From the sequence record SRR31156797_8874: a stretch of DNA of 38,836 bases; one strand, 5' to 3'. This document shows, piece by piece, positions 9,191 to 18,987 of this stretch (within the stretch, counting starts at the first letter, position 1; each line of letters starts with the position of its first letter). A program made the position numbers and the translations under genes. The notes beneath the pieces are model-generated. The model saw only the letters and a program-made list of their open reading frames with translations. It was not told where the DNA came from and did no database searches.

Positions 9191-10073
9191 ACATTGTAAT
9201 AATGAAGTTGCCGTTGTAGGGGTTGTTTACCCAGGCATAGAAGACTATTTGGAAGATTATTTTTGTTCTCTTGAAAAACAGACCCTTAAACATTTCGATC
9301 TGATAATCGCTAATGACGGATTGAAAAAAGACATAGCATCGTTGCCCGGTCGAGGTATAAATTCTTACATCATTAATGTTGATGGGACTGTCTCTTCAAA
9401 CAGGAGAACATTAATTAATGAGGTGATAGAGAGAGGATACCAAAAGATTATTTTCACAGACTGTGATGATGTTTTTAAAGAGAATCGTTTTGAGGTTGCT
9501 TGTGATTTGCTCGATATTTTCTCCATTGTAACAAATGAGTTAGATCTTATCGACCCGGATGGCGAAGAAAACCAGACAGACTTCTTTTCCACTCGTTTTG
9601 GCAAATCAAGAACAATAACTGTAAATGACCTAATTTCTGGAAACATGATGGGTTTATCAAATACAGCTTTGAAAATAGAGGTTCTTCAAGATTGTCCAGC
9701 TCTGATATCAGGAGAATCCATCGCATTCGATTGGTACTTATGGTCGTCAATCCTGCTGAAAGGCTACAAAGCGATGTTCACAGCAGAAACATCCACCAAG
9801 TATCGAATCCATGATCAAAATATAGCTGGACTCCCGCAACCACTTACCGAAAAAAGTGTAGCAAAAGGCGTTGAAGTCAAGCTACAACATTATGGATTGA
9901 TGTCAAAGTATGATGACATGTACTCAGAATTGGCAATCGAGTTCCAGAGAGTTAGCGAGCAATTAGAGGATAAAATCTGGCAAAAGGAATACTTGGCAGC
10001 CCTTCAGGAGTGCGCGATTGACCAGCACATGTGGTGGGAAAACATTCGAATACCTTTAGATGTAGGATTATAA
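9183..10073 (+). CDS. GT2/GT-A-fold-like protein of uncertain function
   Basis: SLEKQT..FDLIIANDG, DxD motif FTDCDD, AFDW and YRIHDQN. Confidence 0.65.
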   Translation: MAKHCNNEVAVVGVVYPGIEDYLEDYFCSLEKQTLKHFDLIIANDGLKKDIASLPGRGINSYIINVDGTVSSNRRTLINEVIERGYQKIIFTDCDDVFKENRFEVACDLLDIFSIVTNELDLIDPDGEENQTDFFSTRFGKSRTITVNDLISGNMMGLSNTALKIEVLQDCPALISGESIAFDWYLWSSILLKGYKAMFTAETSTKYRIHDQNIAGLPQPLTEKSVAKGVEVKLQHYGLMSKYDDMYSELAIEFQRVSEQLEDKIWQKEYLAALQECAIDQHMWWENIRIPLDVGL

Positions 10074-10074
10074 A

Positions 10075-11130
10075 ATGAAAATAAAACTCACAAAAAATCG
10101 TTTTATTGGAAAAGCCGAAAAACCTTATATTATAGCAGAACTTGGATCAAACCATAATGGAGACATGGAGTTAGCAAAAAAACTCATTGTGGCGGCCAAG
10201 GAGGCTGGCGCGGACTGTGTTAAGTTCCAGTCATGGTCTAAAGAGACAATTTTTTCTAAAAAGACCTATGAGGCCAATTATTTCTTAGCTGATGACTACC
10301 GTAACCGCAATGATTTTACCCTTGAAGAAATTGTTGAAGAATATGCCATTTCAGAACAGGAATTGCTTGAAATGAAATGTTTCTCCGATGAGATTGGGAT
10401 TGATTGCACATCAACTCCTTTCTCAAATAGGGAGGTTGATTTTTTAGTAGAGAAGATGGACGTTGATTTTATAAAGATTGCATCCATGGATCTTAATAAC
10501 TATCCATTTATTGAGTATGTCGCTTCAAAAGGCAAGCCAATCGTTCTCGCTACCGGATTGAGCACTTTAGCAGAAATAGATACCGCTATCCAAGCCATTG
10601 AGAACACAGGTAATGATCAGATTGTAATCATGCACTGTGTTTCCATTTATCCACCTGAAGACCGACAAGTTAATCTGCGTAACATGGATACCTTATATCA
10701 GGCATACCAATATCCAGTAGGTTTTTCTGACCACACCATGGGGACTTGTGTGCCGCTTGCGGCAATTGCGCGAGGTGCATGCCTTATTGAGAAACACTTT
10801 ACACTGGATAAGACCATGGAAGGTTGGGATCATAAAGTTTCTTCAGACCTAAACGATATGAAAATATTGGTTAACGATGCGCACCGCATTCACACTGCCT
10901 TGGGGGCAGCAAGAGTAACTCGAGTTGAAAATAAAGAGCGTCTGGGAGCATTTCGCCGAAGTATTGTTGCCGCAAGAGACATTCGTAAAGGTGAAATGTT
11001 TTCTAAAGAGATGCTTGATTCAAAACGGCCAGGAACTGGATTAAAGCCGGAAGTTGTCAGGTATATTATTGGAAAGAAGGCAACGCGGGATATTTCCTAT
11101 GACGAAATCATTGCTTTTGAGGATTTTTAA
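10075..11130 (+). CDS. NeuB-family nonulosonic acid synthase with SAF domain (LegI-like)
   Basis: IAELGSNHNG, VKFQ, KIASMD, GFSDHT and IEKHFT motifs; C-terminal RRSIVAARDI...KRPGTG. Confidence 0.9.
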   Translation: MKIKLTKNRFIGKAEKPYIIAELGSNHNGDMELAKKLIVAAKEAGADCVKFQSWSKETIFSKKTYEANYFLADDYRNRNDFTLEEIVEEYAISEQELLEMKCFSDEIGIDCTSTPFSNREVDFLVEKMDVDFIKIASMDLNNYPFIEYVASKGKPIVLATGLSTLAEIDTAIQAIENTGNDQIVIMHCVSIYPPEDRQVNLRNMDTLYQAYQYPVGFSDHTMGTCVPLAAIARGACLIEKHFTLDKTMEGWDHKVSSDLNDMKILVNDAHRIHTALGAARVTRVENKERLGAFRRSIVAARDIRKGEMFSKEMLDSKRPGTGLKPEVVRYIIGKKATRDISYDEIIAFEDF

Positions 11131-11150
11131 TTGCAACCAGGTATGAAACT

Positions 11151-12107
11151 ATGAAGATAGGTTATTTTGCAGATGGACCTTGGTCTCATTTAGCTCTCGA
11201 GATGATTACTAATGACGATCGATTCGAGGTGGCCTTTATTGTCCCGCGCTATGACACCCAAGATCCGATTCTCAAACAGTGGAGTGTGAGGCTTGGCGTT
11301 GATTACCTTTGCATCAGAAACGTCAATCAGCCAGAAAGTATAGAAAGATTGAAAAGCTATGGAGCAGACATCTTTGTTTCAATGTCATTCAATCAGATAT
11401 TAAAGGCAGAAATAATAGAAGCCACACCGCTTGGTTTCATCAACTGTCATGCTGGCGCACTGCCATTATACCGGGGCCGCAATATTCTTAACTGGGTTTT
11501 GATAAATGATGCACCAGAGTTTGGCGTCACAGTTCATTATGTAGATACTGGGATTGATACTGGAGACATCATCATACAAAGAATGGCTGGCATTACAGAC
11601 GAAGATGATTACAAAACACTCCTTGATCGAGCAATCATTTTATGTGCAGAGCTTTTGCTTGAAGCTCTGATCAGCTTTGCGGACGGTACGGTCCAGCGAA
11701 AATCTCAGTTAGATTTTAACTCAATTGGGTTTTATTGCGGTCGTCGTCGCAAAGGAGATGAGTGGATTAATTGGCATTGGCCGAGTCGTAGAATTTTTAA
11801 TTTTATCCGTGCTATCACAGACCCGGGGCCATGCGCCCATACACTACTCGATGGGCAATTAATCAAGATTAAAAAGGCCGTTCCCATACAAGGAGCAATT
11901 GATTACATAGGAGAGCCTGGTGAGATTGTTGGAATAGAGAATGAAGGATTTGTTGTGAAGACCGGAGACTCAACTATTCTCATAATTAATATCGAACCGA
12001 CTTCCAATGTCAATAAATTAAGAATCGGACGGCGCTTTGGGGGGAAAAATCAAATGGTAATTGAAAAGTTGCAGGAACGAATTTCAACACTTGAAAAAAA
12101 ATTGTAG
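11151..12107 (+). CDS. N10-formyl-THF-dependent sugar N-formyltransferase (Fmt-like)
   Basis: INCHAGALPLYRG and VHYVDTGIDTGDI motifs plus an Fmt-like C-terminal domain; located inside the nonulosonate module. Confidence 0.85.
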   Translation: MKIGYFADGPWSHLALEMITNDDRFEVAFIVPRYDTQDPILKQWSVRLGVDYLCIRNVNQPESIERLKSYGADIFVSMSFNQILKAEIIEATPLGFINCHAGALPLYRGRNILNWVLINDAPEFGVTVHYVDTGIDTGDIIIQRMAGITDEDDYKTLLDRAIILCAELLLEALISFADGTVQRKSQLDFNSIGFYCGRRRKGDEWINWHWPSRRIFNFIRAITDPGPCAHTLLDGQLIKIKKAVPIQGAIDYIGEPGEIVGIENEGFVVKTGDSTILIINIEPTSNVNKLRIGRRFGGKNQMVIEKLQERISTLEKKL

Positions 12108-12208
12108 AACTCGATATGCACCCGAAAATAAAATCATTTTTTTGATGGCGCTCGGAACTTTTACCCAGCCATCTTATGACATTTTAACCAAAAAAAAGAA
12201 GAAGAAAC

Positions 12209-12898
12209 ATGTTAGCTATAATTCCAGCTCGTGGAGGAAGTAAGGGCTTACCAGGAAAAAACATTCGCTCTTTGGGAGGAATACCCCTTATTGCTCATTC
12301 TATTCGTGAGGCTTTAAATGCAGATTTTGTAACACGGGTTATTGTGTCAACAGATGATTTGGAAATCGCCTCTACTGCAAAGAAGTTTGGAGCAGAAGTG
12401 CCATTCTTGCGCCCGCCTGAACTTGCAACAGACAATGCCATGGTTATGGACACCTATCTCTATACGGTAGACCGAATTGCTGAAGAAGATAAAGAATCAA
12501 TTGAATCATTTATTGCTTTGCTACCCACCGTCCCTCTAAGGGCTGCAAAAGATATAGATGAAGCCGTCCAAATATTTAATCATAAAAAAGCAGATTCTGT
12601 AATTAGTGTTACAGATGCACCTGTTCCTGTGCAATGGTATAGAAGAATTCGTGATGATGGAGTTCTCTGTGATTATTTGCCAGGCTTTGATGCTGTTAGA
12701 AATCGCCAGGAGATCGAACATACATATGTACCCAATGGCGCTGTATATGTTTTCCGCACTGAAGTATTACGTTCAACGCGACAATATTATACAGAGGGAA
12801 CCTATCCGTATGTTATGCCGCGTGAGCGCTCAGCAGACATTGATGTGATGCTTGATTTTGAGTGGGCAGAGTTTTTATTAAAGAAAAAGATAGTCTAA
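12209..12898 (+). CDS. CMP-nonulosonate synthetase (NeuA/LegF-like)
   Basis: IIPARGGSKGLPGKN, VPFLRPPELATD, PTVPLR, PNGAVY and DID motifs. Confidence 0.9.
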   Translation: MLAIIPARGGSKGLPGKNIRSLGGIPLIAHSIREALNADFVTRVIVSTDDLEIASTAKKFGAEVPFLRPPELATDNAMVMDTYLYTVDRIAEEDKESIESFIALLPTVPLRAAKDIDEAVQIFNHKKADSVISVTDAPVPVQWYRRIRDDGVLCDYLPGFDAVRNRQEIEHTYVPNGAVYVFRTEVLRSTRQYYTEGTYPYVMPRERSADIDVMLDFEWAEFLLKKKIV

Positions 12899-13891
12899 AT
12901 GGAGACTCTTTATAAAGCTGCTGTTGTTGGATTGGGAAGAATCGGCTCTTCTTATCCGTCTGCAGATATTCCACGCACCCACACCTGTGCATACAAAGAA
13001 AATAAAAGAATAAAAGTTGTCGCCGGAGTTGACCCTGATGTCCATGCACGTATGGCTTTTGCTGAAAAATGGGGTAATGAGATATCTGTCTTTTCCTCTG
13101 TTACAGAAATGTTGTCAGAAGTTCAACCGGATATAATTAGTCTGTGTGTTCATCCTTTTATCTTACCACAGATTGTTGAAGAGTGTCGGTTATCCCCCCC
13201 AAAACTCTTTTTTTTGGAAAAACCGGTGGTGGTACATCCTGACCAAGTTCCTCTGCTTCAGACGGCAATTAACAATGTGCCTGCGGCCGTTAACTATCAT
13301 CGTTGCTGGGATCCTGTACATATACGATTTTTTGAAAAAGTGTTTGCCTTAGGTGAGGTTGTGGCCGTCAGGGTGATATACAACAATGGGATGTTTAATT
13401 ATGCCAGTCATGCTATTTCATTGCTGCTTCATCATTTTGGCTCAGTTTCAAGTGTAACAAAGCTAGGAAACAGAACTTATGATGATTCTATAGCTGATCC
13501 GTCTTTTGATTTTATCCTTGGATTTGAGTCAGGTTTTGATGCTGTTTTTCAAGGTTTTGATGGACTTCCATATGACCTGCTGGAGTTGGAAGTTATATCC
13601 ACAACTGGCATATATACACTTAAAGCGGCCGGCTGCAGGCGCCGCATGGAACTTCCCAAGAAAAATACTTTTTATCCCGGCTATACGCAACTCATTGACG
13701 CGCCCCCCCTTGAAATTGATTCTCCCGTTGAAGGATTACCTCAGGCAATAGGTAATATCGTTAATTTTTTGGATGGAGAAACATCCAGCCTATCATGTGA
13801 CTTGACTCTGGGGCTGGATGTTTTTGATATACTTTGGCGCGTAAAAGAACTTACCCCCCTAAACCAAGAGAGTGGAGAAAATGGTAACTAA
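12899..13891 (+). CDS. Gfo/Idh/MocA-family NAD(P)-dependent oxidoreductase
   Basis: VVGLGRIG, LEKP, VNYHR and NYASH motifs. Confidence 0.82.
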   Translation: METLYKAAVVGLGRIGSSYPSADIPRTHTCAYKENKRIKVVAGVDPDVHARMAFAEKWGNEISVFSSVTEMLSEVQPDIISLCVHPFILPQIVEECRLSPPKLFFLEKPVVVHPDQVPLLQTAINNVPAAVNYHRCWDPVHIRFFEKVFALGEVVAVRVIYNNGMFNYASHAISLLLHHFGSVSSVTKLGNRTYDDSIADPSFDFILGFESGFDAVFQGFDGLPYDLLELEVISTTGIYTLKAAGCRRRMELPKKNTFYPGYTQLIDAPPLEIDSPVEGLPQAIGNIVNFLDGETSSLSCDLTLGLDVFDILWRVKELTPLNQESGENGN

Positions 13892-15182
13892 ACCAGCAAT
13901 CCTAGGTGGAGAACCTGAAAACATTAAAGTCTTTCCACCGTACAATACTATTGGCGATGAAGAGAAAAAGGCTGTCATGGATGTACTCGAAAGTGGTGAA
14001 CTTTCTGGTTTTGTTGCAGCCCCAATTCCTGAATTTAACGGAGGCCCACAAGTAAAGGCCTTAGAACAAGCGTTTTGTGACTATTTTGACGTCAAACATG
14101 CTGTTGCTGTCAATTCAGCCACAAGTGGACTCTATTGCATGCTGATGGCTATGGGGATTGGACCGGGGGATGAGGTAATCACATCTCCCTATACAATGCA
14201 TGCAACAGCTTCAAGCGTATTACAATGCGGGGCTGTTCCTATTTTTGCAGATATTGAAGACGAAACATTTGGATTGGATCCTAAATCAGTCAGGGAAAAT
14301 ATAACTGAAAACACCAAGGGTATTCTTGCAGTCAATATATTTGGCCACGCTGCTCAGTTAAACGAATTGAAAGAGATTGCAATTCAGCATGACCTTTGGT
14401 TACTTGAGGATAATGCCCAGGCACCCGCAGGTATTCTTGAAGGTGAAAATTTTACAGGGACAATAGGACGTGCCGGAGTTTTTAGTTTCAATAGGCACAA
14501 AACAATGCAGAGCGGTGAAGGCGGAGTTGTTATCACCAATGATGATGCTATTGCCCAAAAGATGAGACTTGTCCGTAATCATGGTGAAACAGTTGTTTCA
14601 GCATGGGAAATTGAAGATATTGTTAATACAATCGGGCAAAACCTCAGAATGACAGAAATGGAGGCCGCTGTCGCCCTCTGTCAGTTTCGTAAATTAGATC
14701 AATTAAACGATGCAAGGATTCAATTAGCTGAATATTTAACTCAGGCCCTTAAGGATATTCCGGGGATAATTCCTCCCCATGTTAGAGAGGACTGCAGGCA
14801 TGTTTATTATTTCTATGTTATGAAATATGATGAAAGCATAATTGGCTTATCTCGAGAAAAATTTGTCGATGCTATGCAGGCTGAAGGATATTATCTTCGT
14901 GGGGGGTATTTGCGACCAATCTATTTAGAACCCTTATTTACTCAGAAAATATGCTTTGGGAAAAACGGTTATCCTTTTACTATTAATTCACGTAATGATG
15001 ACATTATTTATGGTCACGGTCTATGCCCAACCTGTGAACGACTCGATAATGAAGAAATAGTCTTGACAAACATTATCTATCCTCCATTGACAACTAAAGA
15101 TATGGATGGCTTTATTAATGCTGTAAAAAAGATTGTTGCTTATGCTGATGAAATAGAAGAGGCCGGAGCAAATAATCGGTGA
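13881..15182 (+). CDS. DegT/DnrJ/EryC1/StrS-family aminotransferase
   Basis: VNSATSGL, GDEVI, EDNAQA, SFNRHKTMQSGEGG and NLRMTE motifs; ATG 13881 with GGAG RBS. Confidence 0.9.
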   Translation: MVTKPAILGGEPENIKVFPPYNTIGDEEKKAVMDVLESGELSGFVAAPIPEFNGGPQVKALEQAFCDYFDVKHAVAVNSATSGLYCMLMAMGIGPGDEVITSPYTMHATASSVLQCGAVPIFADIEDETFGLDPKSVRENITENTKGILAVNIFGHAAQLNELKEIAIQHDLWLLEDNAQAPAGILEGENFTGTIGRAGVFSFNRHKTMQSGEGGVVITNDDAIAQKMRLVRNHGETVVSAWEIEDIVNTIGQNLRMTEMEAAVALCQFRKLDQLNDARIQLAEYLTQALKDIPGIIPPHVREDCRHVYYFYVMKYDESIIGLSREKFVDAMQAEGYYLRGGYLRPIYLEPLFTQKICFGKNGYPFTINSRNDDIIYGHGLCPTCERLDNEEIVLTNIIYPPLTTKDMDGFINAVKKIVAYADEIEEAGANNR

Positions 15183-16150
15183 TAATTTTTGTCACAGGTC
15201 AATTTGCGGCTGCACAGTATATTCATCCATTACTGAAGCGATGGGGGAGCCGTATGGCAGATTTTTGTCAAATAGTTGCAACCGGCCCCTCGTGTAAATA
15301 TTGGGATGATTGTGGCTTACCCTATACTTTTTTTGAGGATCAATCCCCTTCTGCTGTCGCCTCATACCTTGAGTTACTAAAACCCTCACTTATTGTTGTA
15401 TCTGCATCAGCCAATGAAAAACTGGAATTTAATTTTGTTGTGGAGGCCAAAGCCAAAGGAATTGACTCCGCTAGCTTCATAGATATGTGGACGAATTACC
15501 GTGCGCGTTTTCTGTATAAGGGGAAGACGGTTTTCCCTGACCACATATTAGCTATTGATGACCGATGTGCTGATGAAATGGTGGCCGAGGGAATCCCCGA
15601 TAAGAAGATCCGTATTATTGGCCAGCCATATTTGGAAATTGTTGCCTCCACACCTCCTCCACTCGGAGACAACGTATTGCTGGCAAGTCAACCCATCAGA
15701 AAGCTCAGGGGCACTAATCTTGGATACGATGAAACAGATTTTCGGAATATATGTTTGAAAGCGTTTGAAGAGTTATCAACCGATAATGTCTGCGCCACCT
15801 GTCACCCCGATGAAAAAGACACATCGGTACAAGTAGACACACCTGGACTCCTTTGGCAGTCGGGCCAAGGGATACTTGATGTTGCTCATTGCCATACCGT
15901 GCTTGGTATGTATTCTATGCAGATGGTCATTGGGTATTTGTGGGGGCGAAAAGTTGCCAGTGTTCAGCCTGGCTTATGTACCAATGATCCTTCGCCCCTG
16001 TCTCGATGGGGGTTGATTCCCCTCCTTGAGCGAGTTGATGATCTCGTCGATTTCATTCAGAATAGTGACGAGGGGGAAAGACAGGGAGATTTCTTATTTA
16101 ACCTCGACGGTAGTCTCAATCGGTTCGAAGCATTTTGTCGCAACGGCTAA
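15179..16150 (+). CDS. Hypothetical GT-B-like protein, possible ulosonate transferase
   Basis: IDMWTNY, IIGQPYLE, LLASQP, CHP and LGMYSM segments resemble GT-B transferases; GTGA overlap with the aminotransferase. Confidence 0.45.
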   Translation: MIIFVTGQFAAAQYIHPLLKRWGSRMADFCQIVATGPSCKYWDDCGLPYTFFEDQSPSAVASYLELLKPSLIVVSASANEKLEFNFVVEAKAKGIDSASFIDMWTNYRARFLYKGKTVFPDHILAIDDRCADEMVAEGIPDKKIRIIGQPYLEIVASTPPPLGDNVLLASQPIRKLRGTNLGYDETDFRNICLKAFEELSTDNVCATCHPDEKDTSVQVDTPGLLWQSGQGILDVAHCHTVLGMYSMQMVIGYLWGRKVASVQPGLCTNDPSPLSRWGLIPLLERVDDLVDFIQNSDEGERQGDFLFNLDGSLNRFEAFCRNG

Positions 16151-16335
16151 CCAGTTCAACCGAATAAAATATTATCAGAGATCTTGGCAAAATCCGAAGG
16201 AAATTAGATCAAAGGTCTCATAGAGGTTTTTATAAATTATGCCAGAATCGCAAGGGATTCATAAATGCATAAGGTTTGCAGATAATAATACGGAACCTGA
16301 CTGAAAAACTCTTGAAATGTGGGAACAACGAAACT

Positions 16336-17457
16336 ATGAGATTTTGTAAAAAATGCGTTAATGTGGATACTCGTCCCAATACTCAATTTGACGCCGAGGG
16401 GTTATGCCCTGTTTGTTTAAATAACAAATTGAAGGATTCAGGGAAAATAGATTGGGGCGAGAGGACCAAGGAACTCAAAAAAATTGCAGATTGGGGTAGG
16501 GCGCAGTCGAAATGCTCGTATGATTGTATCGTTGCTGTTAGCGGAGGAAAGGACAGTATGCGGCAATCCATGTATGTCAGAGATGAATTGAAAATGAAGC
16601 CTTTGTTAGTTAGCTGTACATATCCGCCTGAGCAACAGCATTCTCGATGCCAGGACAATTTCAGTAATCTTATTTCATATGGATTTGATGCCATCTCAGT
16701 TAGTCCCAATCCGCAAATCTGGAAAAAATTGATGCGTCATGCATTTTTTACCTATGGGAACTGGTGTAAAGCAACTGAATTGGCTCTTTATTCAATACCA
16801 ATTCATGTCTCAATTGCCTATCAGATTCCTCTTGTTTTTCTAGGCGAAAATCCAGCTATGATGATAGGTGAACAACACGGAACATTAGATGGTGATGCCA
16901 CTGGAATGAAACATTGTAATACGTTGGGAGGTGGCGATCCTTCAAAATTTATGTCTCAGGATGTAAGAGAAAAAGACTTGTTTTTTTACACCTATCCAAG
17001 TGACGAGGATATGGAACAGGGCAAGGTGAGAATCGTGTATTTAGGATACTACATCGAGGATTTCGTTGGCTATGTCAACGGTAACCTTGCAATTGAGCAA
17101 GGCATGAAGGTGAGAACTGAGTCTCCCGAACAGATTGGTGATCTCTGGGGTTTTACCGGTCTTGATGAGGATTGTCGCATTGTCAATCAAATGATCAAAT
17201 ACTATAAATTCGGTTATGGGACTGTAATAGACCAGGCCTGCGATGCCATAAAGTTAGGTATGATGACCCGGGAGGAGGCCGTAACACTTGTCCGCAAGTA
17301 TGATGGTAAATGTGACTATTCGTTCATCAAATGGGTGTGTGGTTTTCTTGAAATTTCAGAGGAAGAGTTCTGGGATACTGTTGAATCCCTAATAAACAAA
17401 GACTTGTTTGAAAAGAACAGAGACGGGAAATGGGTTCCAACTTTTGAGGTTTGTTAA
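16336..17457 (+). CDS. N-acetyl sugar amidotransferase (WbpG/WbuX/PseA family), copy 1
   Basis: N-terminal CKKC...TRP...CPVC, PP-loop VSGGKDS, KYYKFGYG and MTREEA. Confidence 0.88.
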   Translation: MRFCKKCVNVDTRPNTQFDAEGLCPVCLNNKLKDSGKIDWGERTKELKKIADWGRAQSKCSYDCIVAVSGGKDSMRQSMYVRDELKMKPLLVSCTYPPEQQHSRCQDNFSNLISYGFDAISVSPNPQIWKKLMRHAFFTYGNWCKATELALYSIPIHVSIAYQIPLVFLGENPAMMIGEQHGTLDGDATGMKHCNTLGGGDPSKFMSQDVREKDLFFYTYPSDEDMEQGKVRIVYLGYYIEDFVGYVNGNLAIEQGMKVRTESPEQIGDLWGFTGLDEDCRIVNQMIKYYKFGYGTVIDQACDAIKLGMMTREEAVTLVRKYDGKCDYSFIKWVCGFLEISEEEFWDTVESLINKDLFEKNRDGKWVPTFEVC

Positions 17458-17458
17458 G

Positions 17459-18118
17459 ATGTGTCATGAAAAAAATATAAAAAAAATAGCTGTTGTTAAT
17501 TATGGCATGGGAAATATAGGGTCGGTCTGCAATGCATTGGATTTTCTCAAGGGAAATTATTCTGTTGCCAAAACGCCCGCCGAATTGGAAGGCGCAGATG
17601 CTTATATCCTCCCCGGTGTGGGTGCTTTCAGCGCAGCGATGAAAGCTTTGACAAAATCGGGGATGGGTGAAACGTTAACCCGCCTGGTTGTTGAGCAACA
17701 AAGGCCATTTTTGGGGATATGCCTGGGGATGCAGTTGATCGCCAAAAATTCAATTGAATATGAATATACTGAGGGGCTGGGCTGGATTGATGCAAACGTT
17801 GTTCATCTTCCTCCCGGTGAAGGACTGAGGGTTCCTCACGTGGGATGGAATAATCTATCCATAAGCATCAAACAGCCACTGTTTGACAGAATAGATGAAC
17901 ATAATAATTTTTTCTATGACCATTGTTTTCATTTTCAGTGTCACGATAATAGCGTTGTGGCGGCGACATGCAATTACGGTATTACCTTTGTTGCTGCAGT
18001 CCAGAAGGATAATATTTTTGCAACGCAGTTTCACCCGGAAAAGAGCCAGAGGAGTGGTTTGAAAGTCCTGAGATCATTTCTAAATTATATTGAAAACACT
18101 AATCGTACGGTGATGTAA
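17459..18118 (+). CDS. HisH-like class I glutamine amidotransferase (WbuY-like)
   Basis: YGMGNIGSV, LPGVGAF, GICLGMQ (catalytic Cys), VPHVGWN and QFHPEKS (His-Glu). Confidence 0.9.
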   Translation: MCHEKNIKKIAVVNYGMGNIGSVCNALDFLKGNYSVAKTPAELEGADAYILPGVGAFSAAMKALTKSGMGETLTRLVVEQQRPFLGICLGMQLIAKNSIEYEYTEGLGWIDANVVHLPPGEGLRVPHVGWNNLSISIKQPLFDRIDEHNNFFYDHCFHFQCHDNSVVAATCNYGITFVAAVQKDNIFATQFHPEKSQRSGLKVLRSFLNYIENTNRTVM

Positions 18119-18987
18119 TGCTGAAGCAGAGGGTAATAGCTATCCTTGTCATCCGACAGGGATGGGTCGTCCAAAGTTTTGGATTTAAAAGATATCTGCC
18201 GGTTGGTTCCTTGGCAGTGGCTGTGGATTTTCTTAATCAGTGGGGGGTTGATGAAATCATTGTTTTGGATATAGACGCTACCCCTAACAACCGAAAATTC
18301 TATGCAGACCGGATGAAGGAATATACCAAGTATTGTCATGTTCCACTGACCGTTGGAGGGGGAATTTCTTCGGTCGATGATATAGAATTATTGATTCATG
18401 CAGGGGCCGATAAAATATCACTGAATGCTGCTGCGATCAATAATCCAACATTGATCCAGGAGGGTTCCAGAAAATTCGGGAACCAGTGTATTGTGGTTTC
18501 GCTTGATGCAAAAAGAATGGGGGATAACCGCTATGAGATATTCACTCATTCGGGCACTTGTCCTTCTGGATATTCTCCAGTTGAAGCCGCACAGAGGGCG
18601 CAAGACAATGGGGCTGGAGAGATCCTTCTTAATTCGATTGACCGTGATGGGGCTAAGCAGGGGTTTGATCTCGATTTGATCAATAGTGTTGCAGTAGCAG
18701 TTTCTATCCCTGTGGTTGCCTGTGGAGGGGTCGGATTGCCCTCTCATTTTGTCGATGGTTTGGCTCTTGGCATTTCAGGCGTGGCAGCGGCTAATTATTT
18801 TCATCACAGCGAACATAGTGTAATAGTTGCCAAAAGCTTCATTAATTCCATGAAATCAACAGTTCGGCTTGATACCGCCATGGATTATACAGAATTTTGT
18901 TTTACACCTAATGGTCGTATTCAAAAAGCGGATGATGATGTTCTGGCAAGACAACGCTTCATACATATCCCTGAGGAAAAAATATGA
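18118..18987 (+). CDS. HisF-like cyclase-fold ammonia-channel subunit (WbuZ-like)
   Basis: VDEIIVLDI, PLTVGGGI, GAGEILLNSIDRDG and PVVACGG motifs; C-terminal extension relative to housekeeping HisF. Confidence 0.88.
   Translation: MLKQRVIAILVIRQGWVVQSFGFKRYLPVGSLAVAVDFLNQWGVDEIIVLDIDATPNNRKFYADRMKEYTKYCHVPLTVGGGISSVDDIELLIHAGADKISLNAAAINNPTLIQEGSRKFGNQCIVVSLDAKRMGDNRYEIFTHSGTCPSGYSPVEAAQRAQDNGAGEILLNSIDRDGAKQGFDLDLINSVAVAVSIPVVACGGVGLPSHFVDGLALGISGVAAANYFHHSEHSVIVAKSFINSMKSTVRLDTAMDYTEFCFTPNGRIQKADDDVLARQRFIHIPEEKI

Noticed and set aside
11151-12107. Housekeeping methionyl-tRNA formyltransferase (fmt)
   Set aside because: No def or other translation context, and it lies between neuB and neuA; a sugar formyltransferase is more plausible.
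13194-13859. C7, T8, C7 and C6 runs in the oxidoreductase, and T8-T10 runs in membrane-protein genes, as phase-variable tracts
   Set aside because: Short and explained by Pro-Pro or Phe-rich codons; all frames are intact.
17459-18987. Histidine biosynthesis genes hisH/hisF
   Set aside because: No other his genes are present and the pair is flanked by sugar amidotransferases; these are the glycan-associated paralogues.
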